Assembly: GCA_964490105.1 (NCBI GenBank)
Contig: CAZAZU010000003.1
Coordinates: 245 to 64,244, forward strand
DNA: 64,000 nucleotides
Direction of reading: 5' to 3'
From: an uncultured Gammaproteobacteria bacterium
GTDB taxonomy: Bacteria; Patescibacteriota; Microgenomatia; Levybacterales; UBA12049
How positions within the stretch are numbered: position 1 is the stretch's first letter; each line of letters starts with the position of its first letter. The notes beneath the pieces were generated by a model that worked only from the letters and a program-made list of their open reading frames with translations, had not been told where the DNA came from and ran no database searches. A program made the position numbers and the translations under genes. Shown in pieces: positions 18,750 to 27,350 of this stretch.

Positions 18750-20351
18750 CTATCCTCCAAGAAGTTGACTGATGATTCTTCCTCGCTGTCTGTGTTTTGC
18801 ATCTAAGCTCATTGGGTCATGTTGAATAGCAGCGGCACCTTTAAGTCCTCCTCTAATTGCGCCACCAGCAGCTGCGGTAGGCTGGAAAACAGGGCCGTAA
18901 TTAACATTTGGAGCTTTAATAGCGCCTCTAGTAATTTGAAGTACGTGAGGTGTCATAAATAAGAATCCTAAAGCTATCACACCAGCAAATATTTGGCTGG
19001 AGTCCCCGGTTCCTCCACCTACAAGGGGCGGGATAAATAAGGTTCCAGTCTCGATTGTGTTTTGTGGATCTGATGCAATATCGCTGAATACTTTTCCTAA
19101 GATAAACATAGACATAGCAGTAGGGAATACGGCCAGATTAGCAAGCATATCCTTAAACCAGGGGCTTACGCCAGTGGAAGAGCCTGGGAACAGGCCAATT
19201 AAGATCCAGAACGGTGCAAAAACGATATCTAATAAGATGTTTATGTACGCAGTTATTAATATAATCCATAGGCGAATTGCAGTATAAATTAAAGCCAAAA
19301 ATATAATTAAAGCTGAGGCTAAGCCCACTATTAAGCCTACTACTGCAGTAAATAGATTACCTACAAAATCAAAAAGACCAGGTTCAAAATTTACGCTCCC
19401 GCGTCCGCTAGGAGATCCATTTAGAGCGTTCATAACTAAATTTCTCATTGTGTCAGATCCCTGAAGTGCTAATTCAGGAAATCCTCCCCCAAATCCCGCT
19501 CCTAAGTCATCGCTTGGGTCACCTGGCCAAAGTCTGTTAATTGCATCAAATGGGGTAGGGGATGTAGTTATTTGTCCTAAGTTGCCGATCTCATGTCCCG
19601 GAATGTTGGCTAGTACACCGCCAACTAGATATAAGGCTACGTACATAACATCTATCAGAAGTCCTGCTATTGCAAAAGAAAAAGTGACCAGTATTATTCC
19701 CGTAATAATTCTAGGAATCTGGTTTTCTATGGTCATTACTGTGCGGGGGTCAATATGAACACGGAACATGATAGCTAGACCAATTAATACAAAAATAATA
19801 ACGAAGAGTAAGTAGGCTATATTTCTCATAGCCACCCAGATCTCTAGAAGCGGTCTAATTCCGCAAAACCCTACTCCCTGTACTGCTCCGGCACACTCTC
19901 CTGCCCGCGGTTCTTGAGCGTATGTGTTTTTGGCTATACCGAAATTGCCGGCTAGGTAATTAATGTATTGACCTGAGCTTGTAGGAGGTGTAAATGTGGC
20001 GGCAATCAGTGTGCCCATTACGCCTAATGCCCCTCCGCCATTTTCTACGAAACCTATCCTCCCTGTTACAGGATCAACTCCTAAGCATCTATGATCTTGT
20101 CTAATTGGATCAAAACCGCCAAGCTGACAAACAGTTGCAGCCATAAGTTCAATTACTGTGCTTTGTACGTATGTGCGCTGGTCCTTTGGTACATCAGAAT
20201 TGAGGCCGGTGGTATTCTTTTCTGTTTTTATAATATCGCTATTTTTTACCTCCGTAGTTATAGATGCTTGCGCAAAAGAATTTTTAGTAAAAAGAAAGAA
20301 AAGTGAGCCTAAAAAGACAAATAAAATTAATACTCGGGCAGAGAGCTTCAT
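18750..20351 (-). CDS. VirB6/TrbL-like polytopic membrane protein
   Basis: Signal peptide, W..MRNIAYLLF.., multiple TM helices, 'IVFAPFWILIGLFPG..WFKDMLANLAVFP' pattern. Close to the pilins and virB4. Confidence 0.7.
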   Translation of the reverse strand: MKLSARVLILFVFLGSLFFLFTKNSFAQASITTEVKNSDIIKTEKNTTGLNSDVPKDQRTYVQSTVIELMAATVCQLGGFDPIRQDHRCLGVDPVTGRIGFVENGGGALGVMGTLIAATFTPPTSSGQYINYLAGNFGIAKNTYAQEPRAGECAGAVQGVGFCGIRPLLEIWVAMRNIAYLLFVIIFVLIGLAIMFRVHIDPRTVMTIENQIPRIITGIILVTFSFAIAGLLIDVMYVALYLVGGVLANIPGHEIGNLGQITTSPTPFDAINRLWPGDPSDDLGAGFGGGFPELALQGSDTMRNLVMNALNGSPSGRGSVNFEPGLFDFVGNLFTAVVGLIVGLASALIIFLALIYTAIRLWIILITAYINILLDIVFAPFWILIGLFPGSSTGVSPWFKDMLANLAVFPTAMSMFILGKVFSDIASDPQNTIETGTLFIPPLVGGGTGDSSQIFAGVIALGFLFMTPHVLQITRGAIKAPNVNYGPVFQPTAAAGGAIRGGLKGAAAIQHDPMSLDAKHRQRGRIISQLLGG

Positions 20352-20401
20352 TAATTTAAGTTTGATCCATTTTCAAAAATATGTCAAGTTAAATTGAAGT
20401 G

Positions 20402-20488
20402 CGGAGAGGGCGAGATTCGAACTCGCGGTAGGCTTGCACCCACAGCTGTTTTCAAGACAGCCGCACTAGTCCACTATGCGACCTCTCC
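20402..20488 (-). tRNA. tRNA-Ser(TGA)
   Basis: Cloverleaf with anticodon arm GCTGT-CTTGAAA-ACAGC, long variable arm, G73. Confidence 0.95.
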
Positions 20489-20534
20489 GTGGTGAGTATT
20501 TTATCAGTTTTATTAGCTTGAGCCAAGGGAATAT

Positions 20535-22040
20535 TTATCTTCTTGGGGTGGTGCCTTCTAGGGTACCCTCTTTTATGGTTTTGCCAGTTTGATTTGTAGT
20601 AGTTATTACTGATGAAATGAGAGCAATTTTTAGGAAATCCAAGAGAATCCTTTTGCGTTTTTCTTTATTTATGGTGGCATAATGTAATCTTGCAGCTTCA
20701 TATCTAAGCCTAGCTTCTTTAAGTGCTTGTGGAGAGGCACCATTTTCTTGCAAATTTCTATATTCTGTTTTTGCTTCATCTCTAATCTCTTTCGCGCCAT
20801 CAGCCATACTTCTTAGAACTTTACTATATTCTGTTTTGGTATTTTTAGCTCGAGCTTTAGCTCTGGTAAAAATCCCTTTATAGGTTTTATCTCTTTTTGC
20901 AATTAAATCTTTTAGGGCTTTTCCGGCTTCAGCCAAAGCCTGTGGAGTTTCGCGCCCAGCATTAACGCTATCTTTAGCCTGGATAAAAGCTGCACTTATC
21001 ACTAAACCCTCTTCATTATTCATCGCATCCTCTAATGCCAATTGGGCTTTATATATTCTTTCATCTGATGCTTTTCCAGATGTTAGCTCGTCTAGGTTTG
21101 CTTTTGCCGGCGTAATAAGCGAAAACAAAGGTGGTTCTTCTTTTGCTTCTTCTGTTGCCGCAATAATTTCACTTACTAATTCCTCGTCCACTGTTTCCTC
21201 AGGTTCTTGCGCAGGTATATCAGTATCAGCTGGGGGCTCAACAGGAGCACTGGGTAATTCAGTGGCTGCTGAAGCCAGCTCTGGGTCAATTACCTCACCA
21301 TCCGTAGCCGCAGGGGTAGGCTCACTAGTTTCAATACTCGAAACGTTATTCCCTAAATGTCTCTCTGAAAGGGTTTCTCCGTTTTCCCCTTGGTACTTTC
21401 TTGTATCGTATACGCTCATTCCTATCCTAGGAGTTAAGCTAGCCTTTTTTACAACTATTGGTTTTCCATTCTCATAAACTACCAAATATAGATTGTTAGG
21501 GTTAGTCACGGATTCAAGATTTGCTATGGAGACCGCAGAGTCATCTGCTTGTCTTTCTACTATGTATGATTGGAGAGGGCTACCTTCGATTTGCACTGCT
21601 TCAAGAACTCGCTGAGCTTCTTCAGCGTTTAAGTCCATAAATACGGTAATTCCTTGTTTTTCATGTTGCTCACCTGTCTCTGTTTTAAATCTTGTTGTTT
21701 TTCCATCGGAATCATATGTATAAACTGAGCCATGGTCTGTGGTAAAAGATTTTATGCGCGATCCATTTTCAGCTCGAGGTGGCTCTGCGGACGTTACTTT
21801 AGGCTCCACTTTTCCATCTGGTTCTAGCTTTTTTGGAGTAGGGAGGCCTGCGGCATCAGCTAAGGCTGCATCAACTCTGGGAGGATTTGCAGTTAAATCT
21901 GCTTCAATAGTTCCGGCAAGCACATTATTAGCGGCTACAACACTTGCATCTGGTGGTTTTGGTACAGAGGGAGCAATAGGAGGCCTTGCTGCTTCTGAAG
22001 GTCTTGGTGTTCCATCTGGCATACTTGGTATTACGCTCAT
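20535..22040 (-). CDS. Hypothetical protein (Pro/Ala-rich N-terminus, globular middle domain, helical C-terminus)
   Basis: Long ORF. Start probably ATG 22040, since the track's TTG start coincides with the TTGACA -35 box. Confidence 0.7.
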   Translation of the reverse strand: MSVIPSMPDGTPRPSEAARPPIAPSVPKPPDASVVAANNVLAGTIEADLTANPPRVDAALADAAGLPTPKKLEPDGKVEPKVTSAEPPRAENGSRIKSFTTDHGSVYTYDSDGKTTRFKTETGEQHEKQGITVFMDLNAEEAQRVLEAVQIEGSPLQSYIVERQADDSAVSIANLESVTNPNNLYLVVYENGKPIVVKKASLTPRIGMSVYDTRKYQGENGETLSERHLGNNVSSIETSEPTPAATDGEVIDPELASAATELPSAPVEPPADTDIPAQEPEETVDEELVSEIIAATEEAKEEPPLFSLITPAKANLDELTSGKASDERIYKAQLALEDAMNNEEGLVISAAFIQAKDSVNAGRETPQALAEAGKALKDLIAKRDKTYKGIFTRAKARAKNTKTEYSKVLRSMADGAKEIRDEAKTEYRNLQENGASPQALKEARLRYEAARLHYATINKEKRKRILLDFLKIALISSVITTTNQTGKTIKEGTLEGTTPRR

Positions 22041-22189
22041 ATGTTCTATCATAAGTCTAGATTTATAAGCTCTTTTTGTCAATTTTACTGAACTTTGAAG
22101 TCCAGTATGAAAACTTAAAAATCTAAAAATGAGTTTATACTGAATGAAGCCGAACTACTTGATATTAACTTTACAGAAAATTTATAGAT

Positions 22190-22531
22190 TTAAGCTTGGG
22201 GATTTGAGGTAAGAGTTTTTGCAGTCTGGATTGCCTGATCAATTTGTCCCTGTTTTATCGAATCACGCATAGAATTTAGCGCTAAGTCTCTTTTCTCATC
22301 CGTCACTTTTTCAAGTTCTTCTAAGTACACTTCATTTGCCTCTTTATATTTTTGCCCCAAGCCTTTTAGCTTGTTAAGTAAATCTGCCTGATCTTTAATG
22401 GGTAGCGCTGCAAGAAAGTCTCTCGCAAGTTGCTGAGCTTCAGGCGCTTGGAGTTTGTTTTGCTTTAGATGTTCTACGATTAACTCAAGTAGTTCTTTTT
22501 TTACTAATTCAATTTCATCAGTAAGATTCAT
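22190..22531 (-). CDS. Small helical hypothetical protein
   Basis: ORF with SD-like AGGA upstream. Confidence 0.7.
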   Translation of the reverse strand: MNLTDEIELVKKELLELIVEHLKQNKLQAPEAQQLARDFLAALPIKDQADLLNKLKGLGQKYKEANEVYLEELEKVTDEKRDLALNSMRDSIKQGQIDQAIQTAKTLTSNPQA

Positions 22532-22610
22532 AGTCCTATTATCTATACAAAAGTTTAAAAATCAAATAGCAAATATTGACGATAGTAAGAGGTTGAGTTA
22601 AAGTATAGGT

Positions 22611-23165
22611 ATGGATTCTGCCCCAGAAAACGATCAAGATCAAAGAACTAGCAATACGCTTCCTCAGGAGCATGACCACACTGTTAGAACCCTTATTTCT
22701 TGGTCTGCTCCCGGAAGGCCGTTTAAGCAGCGCGGTAAACAATTTTATACCACGGCCATCCTAATTGCTTTTTTTATCGAAGTAATTTTATTTCTCTTTT
22801 CTCAATATATGCTAATGTTTGTAGTGGCCTCATTAGTTTTTGTATCGTTTGCTTTCGCGTATGTTCCGCCAAAAAACTTTCACTATAAAATTTCAACTGA
22901 AGGATTTATGCTGGAAGACCATTTTTATATATGGCATGAGCTATACGATTTTTACTTTACTAAAAGAAATGGAGAAGATATCTTAAACATAAGAACAAAA
23001 AGTATTTTTCCGGGAATTTTGACCATTACATTAGGTGATATTTCTAAGGATCATGCTAAGGATGTTCTGGTTAGGTATTTACCTTATAGGGAATATATTA
23101 AACCGACATTTATGGAAAAATCGGGAGATTGGCTTTCTAAAAATTTTCCTCTGGAAAAAGTTTAA
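22611..23165 (+). CDS. CPR-type two-TM membrane protein (DUF5673-like)
   Basis: WSAPGRPFKQR, 2 TM and a PH-like C-terminus. Promoter TTGACG-17-TAAAGT, 6 nt before the ATG. Confidence 0.7.
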   Translation: MDSAPENDQDQRTSNTLPQEHDHTVRTLISWSAPGRPFKQRGKQFYTTAILIAFFIEVILFLFSQYMLMFVVASLVFVSFAFAYVPPKNFHYKISTEGFMLEDHFYIWHELYDFYFTKRNGEDILNIRTKSIFPGILTITLGDISKDHAKDVLVRYLPYREYIKPTFMEKSGDWLSKNFPLEKV

Positions 23166-23166
23166 C

Positions 23167-23256
23167 TGGCGGAGAGTGGGAGATTCGAACTCCCGGTCGC
23201 CTTACGACGACATCCGCTTTCCAAGCGAACGCACTAGGCCACTATGCGAACTCTCC
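23167..23256 (-). tRNA. tRNA-Ser(GGA)
   Basis: Anticodon loop TTGGAAA, long variable arm, encoded CCA. Confidence 0.95.
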
Positions 23257-23284
23257 TCGCCTTGCTCGGAGTAAACTCCAGCAG

Positions 23285-23710
23285 TTATTTAATTAGTTTT
23301 TTTGCTTCTTCCCAGGCTTCTTTTTCGGATGCATAAGTTAATTTTTCCAAAACTTGATTATAATCTATCCAGGCAACTTCTTCCATCTCGTTATCATGAT
23401 CATTTGTGTCTCCGCCTTTAAATTTCATAATGAAATAGTAAACAGTTTTTTTAATTTTCTCATTATCCCAAACATAAAAATATGAAGTTGGTTTTATTTC
23501 AGTTTCAATTTCTCCGTCTATTCCTGTTTCTTCTTTAACTTCTCTTATTGCTGTTTCTTCTTTCGTCTGGTGTTTGTTATCTTCCTTGTCTCCAATTAAT
23601 CCTTTTGGAAAAACCCAGCCATGATGCTGGGAATGCTTAGCCATAAGAATAAGCGTATTATCGCCTTCTTTTTTGTAAACTATTCCGCCTGCTGAAAATT
23701 CAAATTTCAT
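23285..23710 (-). CDS. NUDIX hydrolase
   Basis: SAGGIV, WVFPKG..ETAIREVKEETG. True start is ATG 23710; the track's extension runs through tRNAs. Confidence 0.92.
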   Translation of the reverse strand: MKFEFSAGGIVYKKEGDNTLILMAKHSQHHGWVFPKGLIGDKEDNKHQTKEETAIREVKEETGIDGEIETEIKPTSYFYVWDNEKIKKTVYYFIMKFKGGDTNDHDNEMEEVAWIDYNQVLEKLTYASEKEAWEEAKKLIK

Positions 23711-23720
23711 AATTAAATCC

Positions 23721-23808
23721 TGGCGGAGGGTGCAGGATTTGAACCTGCGTAGGACTTGCATCCTCGAGTTTTCGAAACTCGTGCAATTGGCCGCTATGCG
23801 AACCCTCC
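23721..23808 (-). tRNA. tRNA-Ser(CGA)
   Basis: CGAGT-TTCGAAA-ACTCG, long variable arm, CCA. Confidence 0.95.
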
Positions 23809-23812
23809 AATG

Positions 23813-23885
23813 CGCGCCTGGCGGGAATCGAACCCACAACCTCAAGATCCGCAATCTTGCGCTCTATCCGTTGAGCTACAAGCGC
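23813..23885 (-). tRNA. tRNA-Arg(GCG)
   Basis: GCGCTTG acceptor, anticodon arm CAAGA-TTGCGGA-TCTTG, T loop TTCGATT. Confidence 0.93.
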
Positions 23886-23924
23886 ATATGTGTATTTTAG
23901 TTGATTAAGTGAGGCTAAGCAAGC

Positions 23925-24893
23925 TTAGAGGCTTACGCATTTAGCGAGCGGAATGTATATTGTTTTGTTGAAAAACTTAATTGATCTGTAGCTTCGTGAG
24001 CACGTAAATCTTGGTCCTGAAAATATTACCTTAGGAGTAGGCAGAGGAGGTGTGGGAGAGACGCTTGGAGTTGGAGCCACTGTGATCGTAGGACTTGGTA
24101 CAGAGGTTGGGGCAATTGTCGCGCTTGGCATATTCGTCGGTGAAGGACTTATTGGTGTCATAGTTGGAGAAGGCGAAATGGTGGGAGTCAAGGTGACTGC
24201 AGGAGTTGCGCTAGGAGTTACAGATGGAGTTCCGAGTGGTTCAGTGGAAGACATACTGTTTTGTGGCTGAGGTGTGGCTCTTGAAACGAAATCTGATGAA
24301 TTATTATTAGTGTCTTCACTATTTCCCATAAATTCATCAGTTCCTCCTATTCCCATCGATGAGGCTGTCGAAGATGAATTAGCTTTTCTTTCAACGCTTG
24401 TTCCTCCTGCAGGTTCAGCTAAAGAAGTCCCTTCCCCAAAAGTCGTACCAGGATTTCCAATACTTACAGCATCAATTACTATTCCAGCTGCCAGCGAGCC
24501 ATCAATTATAGCCAAGCTATTATCATTAGCTATTGTTCCGCTCCCACTGCTATCACATAATAAAGAAGGATTAAGGCTGGTATTGCACCAAAGAAAAAAG
24601 CCACGCGCTGGAATAACATCATCTGAGGTGAAGGTAACGATATTGGCGCTAGTTGTTCCGCTGGTTCTTTTACCAAGTCTCATTCCATCAAGGCTTATGT
24701 CTAATTCTGTTGGGTTATAGATCTCTACAAAATCCTGCGTAGTCGTGCCGATACCAGCTCCACTAATCTGTATCTCGGAAATTACTAAATTGGTGGCTGT
24801 AGCAGCAGACACATTCTGGAATTTATTCAAAATAACTGCCGAAAAAAAGAGGATTAAGGATATACCCAAGAGTGAAGGCAGCGCTCTTCGCAT
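23925..24893 (-). CDS. Secreted lamin-tail-domain protein with Pro/Thr/Ser-rich linker
   Basis: LVISEIQ..DFVEIYNPT..ISLDG motif, signal peptide, PT/SP repeats. Confidence 0.85.
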   Translation of the reverse strand: MRRALPSLLGISLILFFSAVILNKFQNVSAATATNLVISEIQISGAGIGTTTQDFVEIYNPTELDISLDGMRLGKRTSGTTSANIVTFTSDDVIPARGFFLWCNTSLNPSLLCDSSGSGTIANDNSLAIIDGSLAAGIVIDAVSIGNPGTTFGEGTSLAEPAGGTSVERKANSSSTASSMGIGGTDEFMGNSEDTNNNSSDFVSRATPQPQNSMSSTEPLGTPSVTPSATPAVTLTPTISPSPTMTPISPSPTNMPSATIAPTSVPSPTITVAPTPSVSPTPPLPTPKVIFSGPRFTCSRSYRSIKFFNKTIYIPLAKCVSL

Positions 24894-24969
24894 ATTAATT
24901 TAGGTATAATCCCATTTTAATTATTAGTCAACTATTATTAAATGTATCAGTCTTATTGTTTTATCAAAG

Positions 24970-25054
24970 CGGAGGAGGAGAGATTCGAACTCTCGAAATC
25001 TTGCGATTTGGCGGTTTAGTAAACCGCTGCACTAGGCCACTATGCGACTCCTCC
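24970..25054 (-). tRNA. tRNA-Ser(ACT), unusual A34 anticodon
   Basis: GGAGGAG acceptor, anticodon arm GCGGT-TTACTAA-ACCGC, long variable arm, TTCGAAT, G73. Confidence 0.9.
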
Positions 25055-25064
25055 TTTAGCTACT

Positions 25065-25154
25065 TGGCGGAGGGTACAGGATTCGAACCTGCGTGAGTCT
25101 TACGACTCAGGGATTTAGCAAACCCCCGCAATGGACCAACTATGCGAACCCTCC
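25065..25154 (-). tRNA. tRNA-Ser(GCT)
   Basis: GGGGT-TTGCTAA-ATCCC, long variable arm, CCA. Confidence 0.95.
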
Positions 25155-25178
25155 TTGGGGTAGGGGAATTATACCATT

Positions 25179-25742
25179 TTAAACTTCGTATTCGTAGATT
25201 TTTCCTCTCTCGTTCTCGTATGAGGCCATTTGAACATCTGTCATTTTTTCGAAGTGTTTTCTAAATGGTCTAATACTGTTTCCGCTAGCACAAATAAAAA
25301 TAATGTCATTTTGCCATACGTTTGCTAATACTTCATTTAGAAATTCCATTACTCTTTTCTCCACATCTTTTATGCTTTCGCCGTTTGGCGGAGGAGAGTC
25401 GTATCCACGGTGCCATGCGGGATATTCCTTGGGATAAAGTTCTTCGGTTTTTTTCTTACTTTTCCCAGTGAGATCTCCGTAATCTCTTTCGCGAATGCGA
25501 GGATCTGCAACAACCATAATTTCTTTACCTTTATGAGGCTCAAGAACAATATCTAGTGTATGCTTGCATCTAATTAAAGGTGAGGTAAAAGCTTTTGTGA
25601 CCTTTTTATCTTTTAGTGTATGAGCTATTTTTTTAGCTTCTTCAATTCCAGATTCTGTTAGATCTGGATCACGTTTTCCTGAAAATATCCCTTCTAGGTT
25701 GTCCGTGGTTTGTCCGTGTCTAAATAAAAATATTTTTGCCAT
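25179..25742 (-). CDS. Histidine phosphatase / dPGM-like phosphoglycerate mutase family protein
   Basis: RHGQT, ERDYGDLTG, PPNGES, GNSIR. Confidence 0.85.
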   Translation of the reverse strand: MAKIFLFRHGQTTDNLEGIFSGKRDPDLTESGIEEAKKIAHTLKDKKVTKAFTSPLIRCKHTLDIVLEPHKGKEIMVVADPRIRERDYGDLTGKSKKKTEELYPKEYPAWHRGYDSPPPNGESIKDVEKRVMEFLNEVLANVWQNDIIFICASGNSIRPFRKHFEKMTDVQMASYENERGKIYEYEV

Positions 25743-25760
25743 TTGTGTTTATATAATTAT

Positions 25761-26453
25761 ATGGGGCTACTAGATTTCATTTTCCCAAAATACTGTGTAA
25801 ATTGCAAAAAATTTGGAGATTACCTTTGTTCTAACTGTTTTTCTCGTCTTTCCTTTGATACTAAAAACATTTGTTTGGTCTGCGGTCGGCCTTCTTACAA
25901 CGGCTTGACTCATCCCATTTGCAAAAAGAGAAGCACCCCGGATGGGGTTTTTACGGGTGTAGTTTTTAATAAAATATCTAAAAAATTAATATATCAATTT
26001 AAATACAGGCCATATCTATCAGGATTATCTGTATTTATCGCTGATCTTTTATATGATTCGTTAATTCAAAATGAAGAATTTAATAGGATTTCAGGTTTGT
26101 CTTTGATTTTAGTTCCAATACCATTGAGTAAGGCCAAATATAAAAAAAGAGGATATAATCAGGCTGAAATTTTAGCAAAAGAGCTTGGGAAAAAATTAAA
26201 TCTTGAGGTTTTAGATTGTTTGGAGCGAACCAAAGAAACAGTTACCCAGGTGGGTCTTAGTAAGAACGAAAGAAAAGAAAATATAAAGGGGGCATTTGTT
26301 GTTAAGAAAAAGTATGAAGAAAGTTTAAAAAATATGAATATATTGATTATTGATGATGTTTTGACAACAGGAGCCACTATTTATGAAGCAACTATGGTCT
26401 TAAAGAAGTCAGGATCGAGTAAAATCTGGGGTGTTGCGTTTGCCAGGGAGTAA
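25761..26453 (+). CDS. comF: ComF-family protein (double zinc ribbon plus PRTase)
   Basis: LDFIFPKYCVNC, RGYNQAE, IIDDVLTTGAT. ATG at 25761. Confidence 0.9.
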   Translation: MGLLDFIFPKYCVNCKKFGDYLCSNCFSRLSFDTKNICLVCGRPSYNGLTHPICKKRSTPDGVFTGVVFNKISKKLIYQFKYRPYLSGLSVFIADLLYDSLIQNEEFNRISGLSLILVPIPLSKAKYKKRGYNQAEILAKELGKKLNLEVLDCLERTKETVTQVGLSKNERKENIKGAFVVKKKYEESLKNMNILIIDDVLTTGATIYEATMVLKKSGSSKIWGVAFARE

Positions 26454-27312
26454 TAGCATCTCCATTTGCTCTTCTTCTTTCAGTAAGGAATTGAGGGTTA
26501 TATCTCATAAAATCAGGCATATGAGGTAATGCTTTTTTAATATCATCTGCGCGTCTTCTTGCGGTTTTTCTTTCTCCGGAAGTAATCTTTAAACCATATT
26601 GTCTCATTAGTTCAGGGTGCAGCATATCAAGCGCCTGAAGTCGCATAAAATTTTTGATTGCTCTTGGGACTGAGGCATGCTCTAATAAAATATAAGGTAT
26701 CAGGCTCATGGCGGCGTCACCTACTGCAAGCCTACCATCATAAATCATTCTCTCAAGATGATTTTGGATGCCATCATATGTTTCAGGTAAAGTTTTTGGT
26801 TTTAATCCCATTGGGGCAAAAACTCCTGAGACCGCGTCCTTAGTGTATTCATCCCTTTCAGAATCAGATAAAGGACCGACAAATCTTTGGTATCCTTCAA
26901 CTGAGCCGACAATTAATGTTCCCGCAACTACTCCTTGAGCTTCTTGAGTCATGGGGGAATAAGACTTGCCTTCCTGATGCGCACCAGTTGTGGTAGTTAG
27001 TTTGCGTCTAAAATCTGGATTTGCATGGACATTGTTTATGCGCGTTAATGCTTCTTCTGCTTCCGCATTGGTACCATGAATAATATCAAATCCAAGCGTT
27101 GCATTTAATCTTAGTCTTCCGAGCGTGTTTCTTTGAATTTCGCCAGTGTGAACCAAGAGTTCGCCTACTCGTGGATCCGCAGCTTGAGTAAGTAATGCGC
27201 TTTGACCGCCCAGAATTGGTGCAGCCTCGCTTGCTACTCTTATTAAAGCTCCTGAGGGATTAAACCTTAAATTATTTGGACCAGAGTTTGGTCCGTATTC
27301 AACTCTTGTCAT
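26392..27312 (-). CDS. DUF2236/MpaB oxygenase-family protein
   Basis: LGGQSALLTQAADPRV..GRL...RINNVH pattern. Start is ATG 27312; the upstream extension overlaps tmRNA and its terminator. Confidence 0.7.
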   Translation of the reverse strand: MTRVEYGPNSGPNNLRFNPSGALIRVASEAAPILGGQSALLTQAADPRVGELLVHTGEIQRNTLGRLRLNATLGFDIIHGTNAEAEEALTRINNVHANPDFRRKLTTTTGAHQEGKSYSPMTQEAQGVVAGTLIVGSVEGYQRFVGPLSDSERDEYTKDAVSGVFAPMGLKPKTLPETYDGIQNHLERMIYDGRLAVGDAAMSLIPYILLEHASVPRAIKNFMRLQALDMLHPELMRQYGLKITSGERKTARRRADDIKKALPHMPDFMRYNPQFLTERRRANGDAITPWQTQHPRFYSILTSLRP

Positions 27313-27319
27313 TTTTATT

Positions 27320-27345
27320 AAAAAACCCGCTACGAGCGGGTTTTT
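27320..27345. terminator. Intrinsic terminator of ssrA
   Basis: AAAAACCCGCT-ACG-AGCGGGTTTTT. Confidence 0.85.
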
Positions 27346-27350
27346 AATTG

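Noticed and set aside
23711-23854. N-terminal extension of the NUDIX ORF given in the track
   Set aside because: It runs through tRNA-Ser(CGA) and tRNA-Arg. The real start is 23710. Similar false extensions occur at 27390, 14951, 12172, 11211 and 10707.
24040-24240. Repetitive DNA in the lamin-tail gene
   Set aside because: Ordinary Pro/Thr/Ser linker codons, not a DNA repeat array.
24970-25054. AGR-to-Ser codon reassignment driven by tRNA-Ser(ACT)
   Set aside because: AGA occupies invariant Arg positions (DnaA GGRDH, NrdR RRRR), so wholesale reassignment is not supported.
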